Of a DNA stretch of 64,000 bases, positions 13,176 to 25,900 are shown piece after piece. Origin of the DNA: Octopus bimaculoides (Eukaryota). The notes under the pieces were generated by a model that saw only the letters and a program-made list of their open reading frames with translations, searched no databases and was not told the DNA's origin. How positions within the stretch are numbered: the stretch's first letter is position 1; each line of letters starts with the position of its first letter. The stretch covers positions 105,733,680-105,797,679 of the forward strand of contig NC_068982.1 of the NCBI RefSeq assembly GCF_001194135.2. The letters run 5' to 3'. The position numbers and the translations under genes were made by a program.

Positions 13176-13749
13176 CTTTTATTTACTAAATTCTCTAAAT
13201 AAATACAATATAAATCAATCCGAAGGAATTATCAATTCAAAACACTAAGTAATGATATTTTTTTGTATTATTATAAAATTGTTATAAGAGATCTTTAAAA
13301 AAAAATCTAACATCATTACAAATAATATATATAGAAATAATTCTAAATATATAATAAAGCACAAACCTTATAAATAGCTATAAAAACTATAGACTGCAAC
13401 ACTATACACAATATATTCACTTCGTACTGTATATAATCAATACAAACGTAATTTCAAAGCCACGACAACCTCTCTTTATCACCTGATATTTAAAAATCCC
13501 TTTATATATTTAATCCCAATAAAAACAATTTATTTTGACCCCCATTTCCTTGTTAGTATTGCTACCAGCATCAACAATGTGACGAGTGTAACTCTTATGT
13601 TAGCTTTCAGTGACTCTAAGGGTAGCAGTTTCGCTAACGCAGCTAGTGAAACTCAATCTATCATTTGCAAACCTCAGTATGCTGTCTTGACCTATATACG
13701 CGTCTCAGAACAAGGAAGCCTTCAGGCAACAATCTGAAGTATGCACCGT

Positions 13750-15300
13750 GGCATCGGACACATTCACGTTACCTGTAGAGGATGTGGAACGAAAGCAAAG
13801 GCAATCTATAATCTACAGGTGCAGAAATCGTATAATTAGATACGTGGATATCTCAATACCTATACAAGTCGAAGAGTGCCCAAAAGAAGTATCGTGTACC
13901 GTATGGTACGGACAAAAAGTTCGGGCATTTCTGATCTTGGGCACCAAAGAGGAGGAAGCTCGATGGTCACCAATGATAATGTGCGTCTCTGGTGAATACA
14001 TCCAGCGGACATCCTATAAGAGACGACGCGTTTTTTTTGCATGGGGTGATCCTAGAAGAAAAAGAGACTGTCGGGGATAAATTAATCACCCACCAAGACT
14101 GTTATAGATCTTGGAGTTGCAAATGCTGCCCACCCCTATAGGTAAGTATATTCACGGGCCCGGTGGAGATCTAGGTGACAAGTATACGGGAGACAGTAAT
14201 GGATGTCAGTGTCTACCGCAATGATCGGTCGCAGCTTAGGTGAAAAGCCGACAATAGCAGTTGGATACAATTGGCTTTAAGTGGTTGTGGAGGGCAAAAC
14301 CACTTGTCTTGAATGCTATACTCAATGAATTTTACGTATACATTGCACACTTGTTTACCTACGTCTCGGTAGATGTTTATAGTAACTAGTAGCAGAAGGG
14401 AGGGATTCTCAGTTTCATGAGCCAGTGAGTAATAGCGCTGCTAGTGGGGGACGCAAACAAGGAGGCATTACTGACAACTTCCAGTCTACGTCTCTGCTGA
14501 ATACAGAAGTATAAAATTGTTGCCAAGGTTCTAGGAAATAGTTTGACGTGACTTTCGGTCGAGTAATTGGGAGAATGTCAAGATACGCGTTCCCCATGTA
14601 TTGCATCGTATAGATGGAGATAACGGCTATGTATTCAATGGGGAGGTGTGGGGGGNNNNNNNNNNNNNNNNNNNNNNNNNNNNNNNNNNNNNNNNNNNNN
14701 NNNNGGGCTGATCAATATGGATCAAACGGAAGCTTTTAAAAGGTCCGAGCATCGTTATTTGTCGGACTCCCTCAGAGCAGCCAATTTCAAACCCGTTTTC
14801 AGAGACAGACTCGTTCAATATATAGCGAATTCTGCTTGGTGGTCAAATTAAACAGATAACTGTTGGAATCATTTCAGTCACATGTTTGGCATGTAAAACG
14901 AATCATTTATTATTCCTTTGATATGCACTGGTTGTAGATACTCTGCTGTAGAAACTCAAGGTGTTGAGGAGGGGTATGCTGTTTGAGCTGTTATGTGAGA
15001 AATCCTTGTCAGCATATGCAGAATGACGCCTCGTAATGGTCTTGGTACGCACGCAGAGCAACGAATCTGTTGTGCATAAGTTCATACAGTTTTTGAGCAT
15101 TTCTGATTTGTGGAGTTTTGACTAACACCTATTGCCGTGTGTAAAGCAAATCCGTTTATTGGCAAGTCTCGATCGTGAAGAGCGACCAATCACTTTCTGT
15201 TACTCGAGAAGGGTAGAGAATTTCCCTTTGTCTGTGGGCTATGGCAAAACGGTTGTATTGAGCGAGTTGAAAAAACTGAGGACAGACGCTTTCCTATTTG
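13750..15300 (-). mobile_element. Highly degenerate Penelope-like retroelement reverse transcriptase
   Basis: Motif remnants occur in the expected order across frames: PTDKG (PADKG), SKLHKSE (PKIHK), SIYT (SLYT), PPLAALL (SPLAP), IYRDVG (YRYVDD), DHPMQKKRVVSY (HPxxxKxxIxY). Many stops and frameshifts. Confidence 0.55.
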
Positions 15301-16031
15301 TCCAAGCCCTCCTCGAACTCTTTAAGTTCAACTTATTTGAGATGATAGTACAAAGGAAGGTTTTGCCCTACCGGAAAATTTGCTGAAGAGTAGGTAAGAG
15401 TAGTGGGCATGACCTGAGTGAATGAGCCTACATTTAGCATGCACCTGTGGGTCGCAAAATACTTCATCTGTTGGTTTAAAGATATCAGCAATTAGTTCTT
15501 TTAGCAGCTGAGAATGTTGTTAGGTGCTCACAGCTCTCTGCAAATCGGGTAATTCCACAATGGAACATCCACATTAGCATTTTAAGAGAATTAAAAGAAA
15601 GTGGTGGACAATTTTCACGATGTACTCGGCCGATAGCCGACAACATCTAAACTACTCACATATCTATAACAAGAGGTGAAAAATATATCTTATTACAAAC
15701 GTTTATATNNNNNNNNNNNNNNNNNNNNNNNNNNNNNNNNNNNNNNNNNNNNNNNNNNNNNNNNNNNNNNNNNNNNNNNNNNNNNNNNNNNNNNNNNNNN
15801 NNNNNNNNNNNNNNNNNNNNNNNNNNNNNNNNNNNNNNNNNNNNNNNNNNNNNNNNNNNNNNNNNNNNNNNNNNNNNNNNNNNNNNNNNNNNNNNNNNNN
15901 NNNNNNNNNNNNNNNNNNNNNNNNNNNNNNNNNNNNNNNNNNNNNNNNNNNNNNTATATTTAAGTTGGCAATTTGAAGACCTTTTATAAAAAAGAAAACA
16001 ACTGTGAAATCATTGACGGAGTTTAACTTAC

Positions 16032-16249
16032 TTTTCGGACTTAGTGGCATAACTCCATATTCCTTTTCAAAGTCCATACGGCAGAATAACTGACCGTCTC
16101 GAATTACAAACTGATCTCCTTTTTGTAGTTGGTGACCGCACGCTACGCATGCAAAACACCGTAGATGGTAAACGTTGCCTATGGCTCTCATCACTAATTC
16201 GTTGGCTGGAATTGGTTGCATACAACTGCTGCACTTCGTCCCGAAAATC
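16032..16249 (-). CDS. Lmx1: Lmx1-family LIM-homeobox gene, LIM2 domain exon (internal exon, starts phase 2, ends phase 1)
   Basis: Translates as IFGTKCSSCMQPIPANELVMRAIGNVYHLRCFACVACGHQLQKGDQFVIRDGQLFCRMDFEKEYGVMPLSPK, a complete LIM double zinc finger. Acceptor ttcttag at 16251-16250 and donor GTAAGT at 16031. Length 218 nt. Confidence 0.95.
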
Positions 16250-16753
16250 CTAAGAAGATACAAGAACAAAATAATCAATGTAGCTTATTTAAGATGTCTA
16301 ACAATAAGATCGTTATTATTACACAAAAGAACTAATTATTATTAGAATTATTAATTAACACAGTAAGCTCTCAGCAAGGCAAGGCAGTGCCAAAGATATG
16401 TTGAAGCCAGTTTATTTCTTTTACGTCAGAAAGATATGTACGTCACAAGTACCACTTCACATTCAATTATATGCATGGCTAAAAAACAAAACTAAACATC
16501 AACAAAAACCAAGACCATTACAACTGTTAATTGAGCTATCCTTATCATCGCTTGCTAATCTGCAATTTGGTTTCCATTTTATCACTCTAAAACAAAAGGA
16601 ATTTCCATAGTTGCTACTTATCAGGGTGGTGTCAGGTTTCAACCTTCATCTTCTGTTGGTTGAATGAATTGAGGATGCCAATGGAATAAAGCACAACGCA
16701 TTTTCGGTTGCAGGAAAAGTCGGTGTTCACGCACGCACGCACACAAACACACA

Positions 16754-16862
<109 letters not shown>

Positions 16863-17078
16863 CACAAAACACATACTCACACACAAACACATTTTAATCT
16901 GTTCTTTCTTAATTTTACAGACATCCTTTCATAGTTTTACAGATGAATCTTTAAAATTTGAATTTCTTATAATAATCACGAAAGAAATGCAGATATATGA
17001 TGAAATGCATTCTTACCATGGCCATCTCACCATTTTTTGAAACATAATATATATGATTACATTAGTGATTGTGTTTAA

Positions 17079-17155
17079 GGTGTCGAGCTGGCAGAATCAT
17101 TAGCAAGCCGAATAAATTACTTTGCGGTATTTCGCTATTTACGTTTTAGTTCAAT
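17079..17155 (+). mobile_element. SINE family A head fragment
   Basis: GTCGAGCTGGCAGAATCATTAGCA followed by GCGGTATTTC and TAGTTCAA. Confidence 0.6.
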
Positions 17156-18121
17156 ACGCAAAACTTTTCACCAGTTTAAAATGCAACATTGTTTTTGTTA
17201 TCGAGATTCCAACGACGAAGCTTTGTATCTTTGTTAAAAACTAGTACCTTCTTCAGAAGAAGAATTTAAATAATTAGAAGCTAAAGAGAGCATACGCACA
17301 CAAACACATAAGTAACCCGGAAGATAAACACAGGCTTGAGACCTCTATTTACACGGAGAACAGAAAAAAATACATATAGGAAAACAAATTATGTAATGTC
17401 ATATCTCGATAGCTATTTCAATTGGCTAAACTTACGTAATAACTATATTTCTAGGTGATATCTGCATGATGCCATAGGTGTGCGACCTGCGACACATTCA
17501 GATGAAATTGTTAAAGTAAGCTAGAGCTCCCTTTTCAAGAGTAGAGAGAATCACTGCAATATGTAGTATTTTTGTGACGGTCCGAGAAGCGACAAACTGA
17601 AGGATTGCCCTTGGGCGGCACATATTCTAGCTACGCGCTGCTCTTGCCTCTATATAAATAGTTCAAATAATAAATGCGACACGCTTTCGATTCTTTGCAA
17701 TACTGGTGTCTGAACATCGAAGCCATGTTATTGCACATTCGTAAAAAGAAGGTAAGAGAATCGTAGCCTCTTATTATTTCCTATCTATTTGTAAACTTAG
17801 GTTTCAGGCCTCTTTAAGAATCCATAAACTCAAGCAAGAAATGGTGTTCCTAAAATTTATCTCAACGATTCGTCGCAGTATGAGGATTTCCAAGTGCTAG
17901 TAACTAATGGTCTTCCGCTAACCTGTTAACCTTTACAACAGACATCTCACCTTTCGCGTTCTAACGGATTGTACAGAAGGGATAAGTTATGTGGTTCACA
18001 GTTTGATTAGACGAATAACACACACACACGCACGCACACATACACACACACAAGCAAACACACAGACATACATGCACACACAGACTCATCCTTTATATTT
18101 ATGTATGTGTGTGTATATATA

Positions 18122-18158
<37 letters not shown>

Positions 18159-19096
18159 ACACACACACACATGCATACATACTATGTACTCACACACGCA
18201 TACATGTATACATACTTAAATGTGTACATTCATAGACACTCACACACACATACATACATATAGACAGGCATACAGATGTACATATATGAATACACATATA
18301 CATAAACATGTGTGCGCCTAAATAGTTATATACGGCTGCAAAATCATATCAATGCAAAGATATGTGCACGCGGGTGTGTATGCACACACTCTTACACATG
18401 CGCGCTTCTGTACCTGCAGATGTTTATGTAAATTGAGTGTCAAAGAGTGGGGAAGAGAGAGATAGAGAGATAGAGATAGATAGTTAGATAGATAGATAGA
18501 CAAAGAGAGAGGGGGAGAAATAGAGAAACACAGACAGGTAAAGAGAAGAAGAAAGAGTGAAGAGTTAAATCTAGAAATGAGAGAGCAACGTACTCTCACA
18601 CGCATCAATTCAAGCATCCATCTACGCACACAATAAGTGTGTATGACTATATGTGAGTGTGTGTGTGAGTGAGCATGCGCGCGCACGTGTGTGTGTGCGT
18701 GTGTGTGTGTGTTTGTGTGCGCGCTCGTATTAATTTGTGTGTGAGATATAGAGTCAGTAGAAATGGCTGATTGAGGACGGTGACAGGGGTGGGGGAGAAT
18801 GTCGCGCTTACGCTCACACACATGCATACCGACATATACATACATATGCATGTAAGTATATATATATNNNNNNNNNNNNNNNNNNNNNNNNNNNNNNNNN
18901 NNNNNNNNNNNNNNNNNNNNNNNNNNNNNNNNNNNNNNNNNNNNNNNNNNNNNNNNNNNNNNNNNNNNNNNNNNNNNNNNNNNNNNNNNNNNNNNNNNNN
19001 NNNNGGGAGAATTTACGGAAAAAACAACAACAGATGAGGACAGGTGGTGTAAACAACAAAAGGATGTATTAGTTTAACGCTCGGGAATAGAGAAAG

Positions 19097-19133
19097 TCTT
19101 TAACGTTTCGAGCTACGCTCTTCAACAGAAAGA
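19097..19133 (-). ncRNA. Minimal type I hammerhead-ribozyme-like motif (Penelope-like-element type) with variant core
   Basis: Minus strand reads TCTTT-CTGTTGA-A-GAGC-GTA-GCTC-GAAAC-GTT-AAAGA. Stem I TCTTT/AAAGA and stem II GAGC/GCTC are perfect; stem III is palindromic ACGT. Core is CUGUUGA instead of CUGANGA. Confidence 0.55.
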
Positions 19134-19851
19134 ATAAGGAGAAAAACAAGGAGAAAAAAAAATTTTTATGTCGTGGTCAGCGATTTATCATGGCGACGTG
19201 TGTGTGTTTGTGTGTGTGTGCATGTGTGTGTGTAGGAAGATACGAAGATAGATGGTATATGCATAGATTCGCGTTTGCGTAAATACATATACGTACTTAA
19301 GGAAATATATATGTTTATTTGCCTGCATTTGTAAGGGCATGCCTACGTGCATTTATGCATATGTGTATATGCTTGTATGCATAAATGTATTTTTGTATGC
19401 CTACAAACAGAAAAGATTTTTATGCGTATATGTATGAATGTATATGGGAATGAATTTTGGCGGGATAGATCTACGTAAATATATCTTTATAGAATCCAAG
19501 ACGATTATTGGCTTTTTCTTGAAGTCAAAGCAACTCTTGGGGTTTGTGGCTATCTGAATTTGTTCGTGTGTGCGTGTGAATAAACTCGCACTTGTCTAGT
19601 GAGTGCGCAAGTCCTGTGAGTACATTCTATGTATGTACATTAGATTGTTCGTACGTGTTTATGTAAATGTAAATATATGTATTGAAATTTATACATGTAT
19701 GTCTCAATATATAACACCATGGCTAAACTTCAAAAATTCACATCTTCACTATAATACCATATAATATGTTGTATATAGACTGGGTATATGTATGCATATA
19801 TGTAAGTATGTATGTATTATGTAAGTATTTATATATGCATCTATTTATATA

Positions 19852-19891
<40 letters not shown>

Positions 19892-19953
19892 AGGAGGGAA
19901 TGTGAGAAGGCGAGAGAGATNNNNNNNNNNNNNNNNNNNNNNNNNNNNNNNNN

Positions 19954-19991
<38 letters not shown>

Positions 19992-20040
19992 AGGAGGGAA
20001 TGTGAGAAGGCGAGAGAGATAGAGATAGAGAGAGATAGAG

Positions 20041-20071
<31 letters not shown>

Positions 20072-20166
20072 GAGAAAGAGAACTACAACGACAGATACAT
20101 AAGTTAAGAGATGGAAGGAGATTGTAAGAGAAGTATATATATATATATATATATATATATGATATA

Positions 20167-20231
<65 letters not shown>

Positions 20232-20396
20232 GCACACATACATGTAGGTATGCATACATATACATATACATACACATATACAATCATACACACACAGACA
20301 CTCACGTACGCGTATAAAGAGTTTGAATATCATTCGGATTGCATTAAGTCACTCTTCAAAATTTATTAAATCTCTCAAGAGTTTATATATGCGTCC

Positions 20397-20450
<54 letters not shown>

Positions 20451-21089
20451 GTGTCTGTCTGTCTACCATACATACAAACAAATACACATACTAAAAAGAG
20501 AGGAAAGCAAAAGGCACTTAGAAAGATGTGCACTAGAAATGTAAATAGACAGAAAAAGAGAAAGGGGGGGGAGAGGAATAGTGAGAAGCGTATATGGGGA
20601 AACTAGAAACAGAAGTTTTAAGTCAGAAGGTCAGAAAGAGAGCATGAGATTTTAGAAAAAGAGAGAGAGGGAGAGAGAGAACAGGGAGAGAGAGAACAGG
20701 GAGAGAGAGGGAGAGAGAGAACAGGGAGAGAGAGAGATATAGATATGTAGATAATGTGAGAAAGGGAAAAAGATTAAGCGAGATGACGAAAGGAAGCAGG
20801 TGAGATAAATAGGAGTTTGAAGCTGATTGGTGAAGGGTTCACACAGGTGAATAAGAAAGGTTATCGTGCTTAGGCTTTCTATGTCAACACATTGATATTT
20901 CCCATTCTTCTCTCTTCACTCCGTTGAAACCTTCACATGCTTCTTTGATTTCTTCGCTGAAGATAAAGACTCCCCACCTGCCTCATCCCCCCCACTTACT
21001 GCTCCCTTTCCTTCCTTCCTTCCTTTTATCTTATATGCATACATATATACGCGTTTGTGTATATGTGCGTGTGTGTATACACGTGCATA

Positions 21090-21151
<62 letters not shown>

Positions 21152-21359
21152 TATATATATATGTATATATTTATATACACATATACACAAATATATAAAA
21201 CACTTAGTAGCGCTCAAATGATTTGAACTTACACTCCGAAACCTTTACCGAGGACCGAGTCCGCGGGGTAAAGAGTGGCTGAGAATCTCTGACCTTATTT
21301 GTTGACCCTATATGTAAATATAAATTCTACCTCCCATCCCCCCCCCACACGCACAAATC

Positions 21360-21640
21360 GTTTATTTTCATTGAACTGCGGCCATGCTGGGCACCGTCCT
21401 TGAAGGGTTTATTCGAATGAATCAACCCCAGTGCTTACTTTTGTTTATAAGCAGATATCGTTCTTTTGCTTTCTCTTTTAAGTTACGAGGACGTAAAAGA
21501 ACAAACACCGGTTGTCAAGCAGTTTGTGTGAGGGGAAAAACAAAGACACAAAGACACAAACACACACACAAGGTTATATATATGGCAGGCCTCCACACGG
21601 TTTCCATCTTGTCTCCCTCTATCTACTAGTTGTATTTGTC
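21360..21640 (-). mobile_element. SINE family B partial copy
   Basis: GCGGCCATGCTGGGCACC...CGGTTGTCAAGC...CAAAGACAC blocks shared with the other family B copies. Confidence 0.7.
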
Positions 21641-22084
21641 TGTCTGAATGTCTTCGACAATCTGCCCTTCTGTTGGGGGTATTAGAGGCTCTGATCCTTG
21701 CAGGTGTTAAAATGGACGTGCCCCGTCCCCACGTCTCCAAGGAAAAAATACGCACAATGAAAACAATATAATAGTTTGGGAGCGTTGGATCAATTAATAT
21801 CAGTTAACTGTACCACTACCAACACCACCACAGCTACCACCTGCACCGCCGCCGCCGCCGCTGCCACCTCTACTGCCACCGCCACCACTAATAATAATAC
21901 TATCAGCAACGACGACGACGACGACGACAACAGATAGGATCCATAATAAGAGAAATGATTCTGATGGGTCAATAGGGACTCGGTGACCAGTCGCTTGAAA
22001 TAAACTTCAAGGACAATGAACAGTGCGAGAGTTTGGTGTGGTAGACGCAGTGTTCAGAATGTGATTTAATCACATGTAAGGAGA

Positions 22085-22507
22085 ATATTCTTTTCTACTC
22101 TAGGCACAAGGCCCGAAATTTTGGGGGAGAGGGCCAGTCGATTAGATCGACTCCAGTATGCAACTGGTACTTAATTTATTGACCCCGAAAGGATAAAAGG
22201 CAAAGTCGACGGAATTTGAACTCAGAACGTAAAGACAGACGAAATACTACTAAGCATTTCGCCCGGCGTGCTAACGTTTCTTATTTCTTTACTGCCCACA
22301 AGGGGCTACGCACAGAAGAAACAAAGAAGGAGAGTCAAACGGATTAAGTCGATTATATCGACCCCAGTGCGTAACTGGTACTTATTTAATCGACCCCGAA
22401 AGGATGAAAGGCAAAGTCGACCGCGGCGGAATTTGAACTCAGAACGTAGCGGCAGACGAAATACCGCTAAGCATTTCACCCGGCGTGCTAACGTTTCTGC
22501 CAGCTCG

Positions 22508-22508
<1 letters not shown>
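22085..22508 (-). mobile_element. Two tandem copies of tRNA-derived SINE family A
   Basis: GACCCCGAAAGGAT(G/A)AAAGGCAAAGTCGAC...GGAATTTGAACTCAGAACGT...CTAAGCATTTC...CCGGCGTGCTAACGTTTC occurs twice (about 22085-22280 and 22300-22508). The two copies differ in their tail-side segments. Confidence 0.88.
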
Positions 22509-22564
<56 letters not shown>

Positions 22565-22855
22565 CGCGCACGCGCGTCGTGTGTGTATTGTGTATGGTTA
22601 TGTTGACCAGTGTGAAAACGATGTTGATTCAAAAAGTGTTACTTAACCGTTCAGTAGAGATTGATAAAATACCAGAGTGAAATAAGTACTGGTGACAATT
22701 ATTTCTTTTGATATGGATGTGGGCGGAAATTTAATTGTGTGCAAATTTAGTCTTTCTTTGCAAAGTATGTGCACATCCACGTGAGTAACCCTTACTCAGA
22801 TTTCTTCAATTAAAAAAAATAATCCGATTTCAACCGGGAAACCTTGCGTACTCAC

Positions 22856-22923
22856 CATTTTTCCCGTTGTGCACTTGTTGTAAAACGTGCGCACAGAGGG
22901 TGATATGATGAGCTAGATATCAT
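22856..22923 (-). CDS. Candidate alternative first coding exon of Lmx1 (MISSSSYHPLCARFTTSAQREK + TG)
   Basis: ATG at 22923, open frame to a strong donor TG|GTGAGT at 22855. Phase 2 fits the LIM2 exon acceptor (TG+G=Trp). No homology support. Confidence 0.2.
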
Positions 22924-24341
22924 TGAAGACGATGTTACAGAATAACTGCTGTGTAACTAATAAAACTATGATGTATGCACAGCAGTAACAATAATATCTG
23001 ATTCCTCTTACAGATTGTACACACACCAGACAGATCCTGAACCGTAGGGCTGTTTCATTGAACGATGTTCTCCAACTGTTGATTTAACGTACCCCTTCTG
23101 CTTCTATTGATATTACAACTTTCTCTGTCCCTATACCTCCCTCCCCCTATCTAAACACATGCGAAATTTCATTTTAATCCTTTATTCATATAAGAAGCTG
23201 GAAAACTGTCAGGCTGAATAATTTATGCAGTCAATTTTCTTTTGCAAGTTAGTCAAATGCTAACCTATATTAGTTCGAAGTAAATTCATTTAATCTCATT
23301 CATTTAATTATCCCTACAAAAGTTTTGTGGGCACTGTTCCAAGAACGAGCCTACAAGTTGTTTACAGATTTCAGAACTCAGTTTGGTTGTAACTATTTCA
23401 CTAGAAAATGCACCTGAAAAAAGACAAATATCTTATTTCTGTCTCATACAAATTCAAGAATTTGCGCCTTCGTCAGTGAAAGAAGCAATTGGAATATCTT
23501 ATCAAGAAATGACAGAGTGGCTAATTGTAAAACAAAATCAAAGTTTTCATTTAGAATTTAGTTTGGATTTTCAGCAGTAAATTTCCTTTCTACTGGAGTA
23601 AGTTCCTGCAGAGAACATCTACGACGTTAGTAAAAACAAGAATATTTAATCCTTCAAAGCACAGAAATTCTGTTTCCCGGATGCTGTTCTTGAAATGGGA
23701 AAGATTTTATCCCGGAAAGACATTTCGAGTGACAGTTAATTATCAAGACGTTTGACAGAATGACTGAAATCGTAGGGTATTTCGTGGTTATGGAAAGTCA
23801 AAGGAATTAAGAATTTGATAGAATTAAATCCGACTGCTGTGAAGAGTTACACAATGTTGCATATATGCTTCTCGGTGAGAATGAACGGGATGAGTTGAAG
23901 AGGAACAACGGAAATTAAAATCTTGTTAAGTGAGGCGGCAAAATATAAGTAGGGCAATCAAGAGGTATACTGAGGGCAAAAATAAAAGATAACTTATGAA
24001 AGACAGTCGATTAAAAGGATTTCTATATCAATTGTGGTATAGAATTTCAGTAATTGTTAAATTTATTGGTCGAGCACAAACGATTTTGAAAAATATAAGT
24101 ATTTCCCAGGATGTAATTTAAAATTTAAAAAATTATATAATTATTCTATTATTATTATTGCAAATGGTTAGATGAACATGTTGATACTTAATTTTAAGGG
24201 AAAATTTCGCTTTTTTAAAATATAATTAGAATAGTAGAGGAGCAGTGTTCCCAATCGAGGTCCCTTGAACACTTGTGTTCTGCGAGAAATAGTGACACCC
24301 CGTCACACACATGCACATATATATAAATATATATATATTTA

Positions 24342-24406
<65 letters not shown>

Positions 24407-25554
24407 TACACACACATACACACACACACGCACACCACACATACATATACGTATATTAATATGCTAATTATATGCAATGCTGTTTTAGTAATTTTCGTTT
24501 TCAGTTCTATGGTCGTAACTTAATGCAAGATTCTGACATCTGTATCTAGTAAGGAGACATTGAGGGGAAAATGACTTCATAATAGGAAATGGTAAGATAA
24601 TTTAGTCTAAACAAGTTACCCTATAATTTCTTATGTCATCTTTTATGGTGTTTGATGCAATTAACTCTGCTAAACCTTTCAAATACGGCTTTATGATTTG
24701 CTTAATTACTAAGGAAATGTAAATTTACAGAAAGAAAATGATTATTAAAGATATAAAATAACCTTTATGTTTGGTATTCCTTTAGATATGCAATGCATTT
24801 CAGGAGCACTGAGAGAATAAAAAGGTTGAGAGTACTCTGATTTGAGCATAGAAATAAGATAGTTAATTTCAACTGCGAATCGAAACTGGCTTTCAGAATG
24901 GATACGAACATAGATGTCTAGATTTATTGAGCAGCTCATATCTCAGAGGAATAAATAAGTACAGAAGACAAGTATATAAATCTATCAAATTTATTTATAA
25001 GGAATTGATAGAATATAAAAAAAAAATAGATAAAATAAAATTGAAGTTGTCTGAGTAGAATGTAACATCCAAAGGTAATCCAACAGATTAAATGCCAGAA
25101 GGAACGAAAGTAAGTAAATACCAGAAAGTCTAACTGAGATTAAATGCCTTGAAGGAGTGAAAGAGAAAACCGAATTCAGTTTCACAGTATAAGACCGGAA
25201 GCAGTTTGTCGGTTATGCTGGTGGCAAATATATCTGGGAAATTTTAGTTAATTTAATTCTGACAACTATATTGATTTCTAATTTTAGCATAATGCTAATG
25301 TGAACTCCGGCAGAATTTGAACCAGGGACGTCAACAATTAAACAGTTCTATATGTAAAAGAAGCAAGGGCGTACATCAGCACAAACGAGTACAGACATAC
25401 AGGGTGGAGTAAAATTTCCCCATCCCACCCTCTATAACACTATACATACATACATACATACATACATACATACACACATGTATATATCTGTCTCTCCCTC
25501 TCTTTCTCTCTCTCTTTCTCTCTCTCGCTCTATATATATATATACCCTGGCCCA

Positions 25555-25710
25555 ACTATGTAAGATAGCTTCGAACCACGTGATTCCGAGTTAAACTACA
25601 ACTATGCGGTACCTTAAGCAAGTATCTTCTAATATAGTCGCATGCCAACCGGTGCCTCGTCAGCTAATCTGTTAGAAGGTTATGAGGTGAGAGTCCGTCG
25701 TCTCGGTCTC
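25555..25710 (+). mobile_element. Degenerate SINE family B 5' half
   Basis: GTAAGATAGCTTCGAACCACGTGATTCCGAGTT...GGTACCTTAAGCAAGTATCTTCTA parallels the 25901 copy. Confidence 0.55.
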
Positions 25711-25900
25711 TTTTTAATATACATACAAACACACACACGCACACACATTTATTTTATATACATATACATACATACATATATATATTTCCGTATTCCCGAG
25801 CGTCATACTAATACATCCTTTTGTTATTTACACCACCTGTCCTCGTCTGTTGTTGTTTTTTCGTATATTCTCCCATATATATATATATATATATATCCTT

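Noticed and set aside
17948-18000. Minus-strand donor AAG|GTGAGA in phase 2 as a possible upstream exon
   Set aside because: The in-phase frame hits a stop after about 19 codons, has no ATG and no LIM residues.
19880-20020. 40-bp direct repeat (AGAGAGAAAGCAGGAGGGAATGTGAGAAGGCGAGAGAGAT) on both sides of a 33-N gap
   Set aside because: Most likely an unmerged contig overlap rather than a real duplication.
22085-22508. Repeated blocks that could suggest a CRISPR-like array or tRNA genes
   Set aside because: They are tandem SINE copies in a eukaryotic genome; the tRNA-like heads do not fold into complete cloverleafs.
25398-25436. TA-CAGGGTGG...CCACCCTC-TA mini inverted repeat resembling a mariner-type end pair
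   Set aside because: Only about 8 bp of pairing with a mismatch; could be chance.
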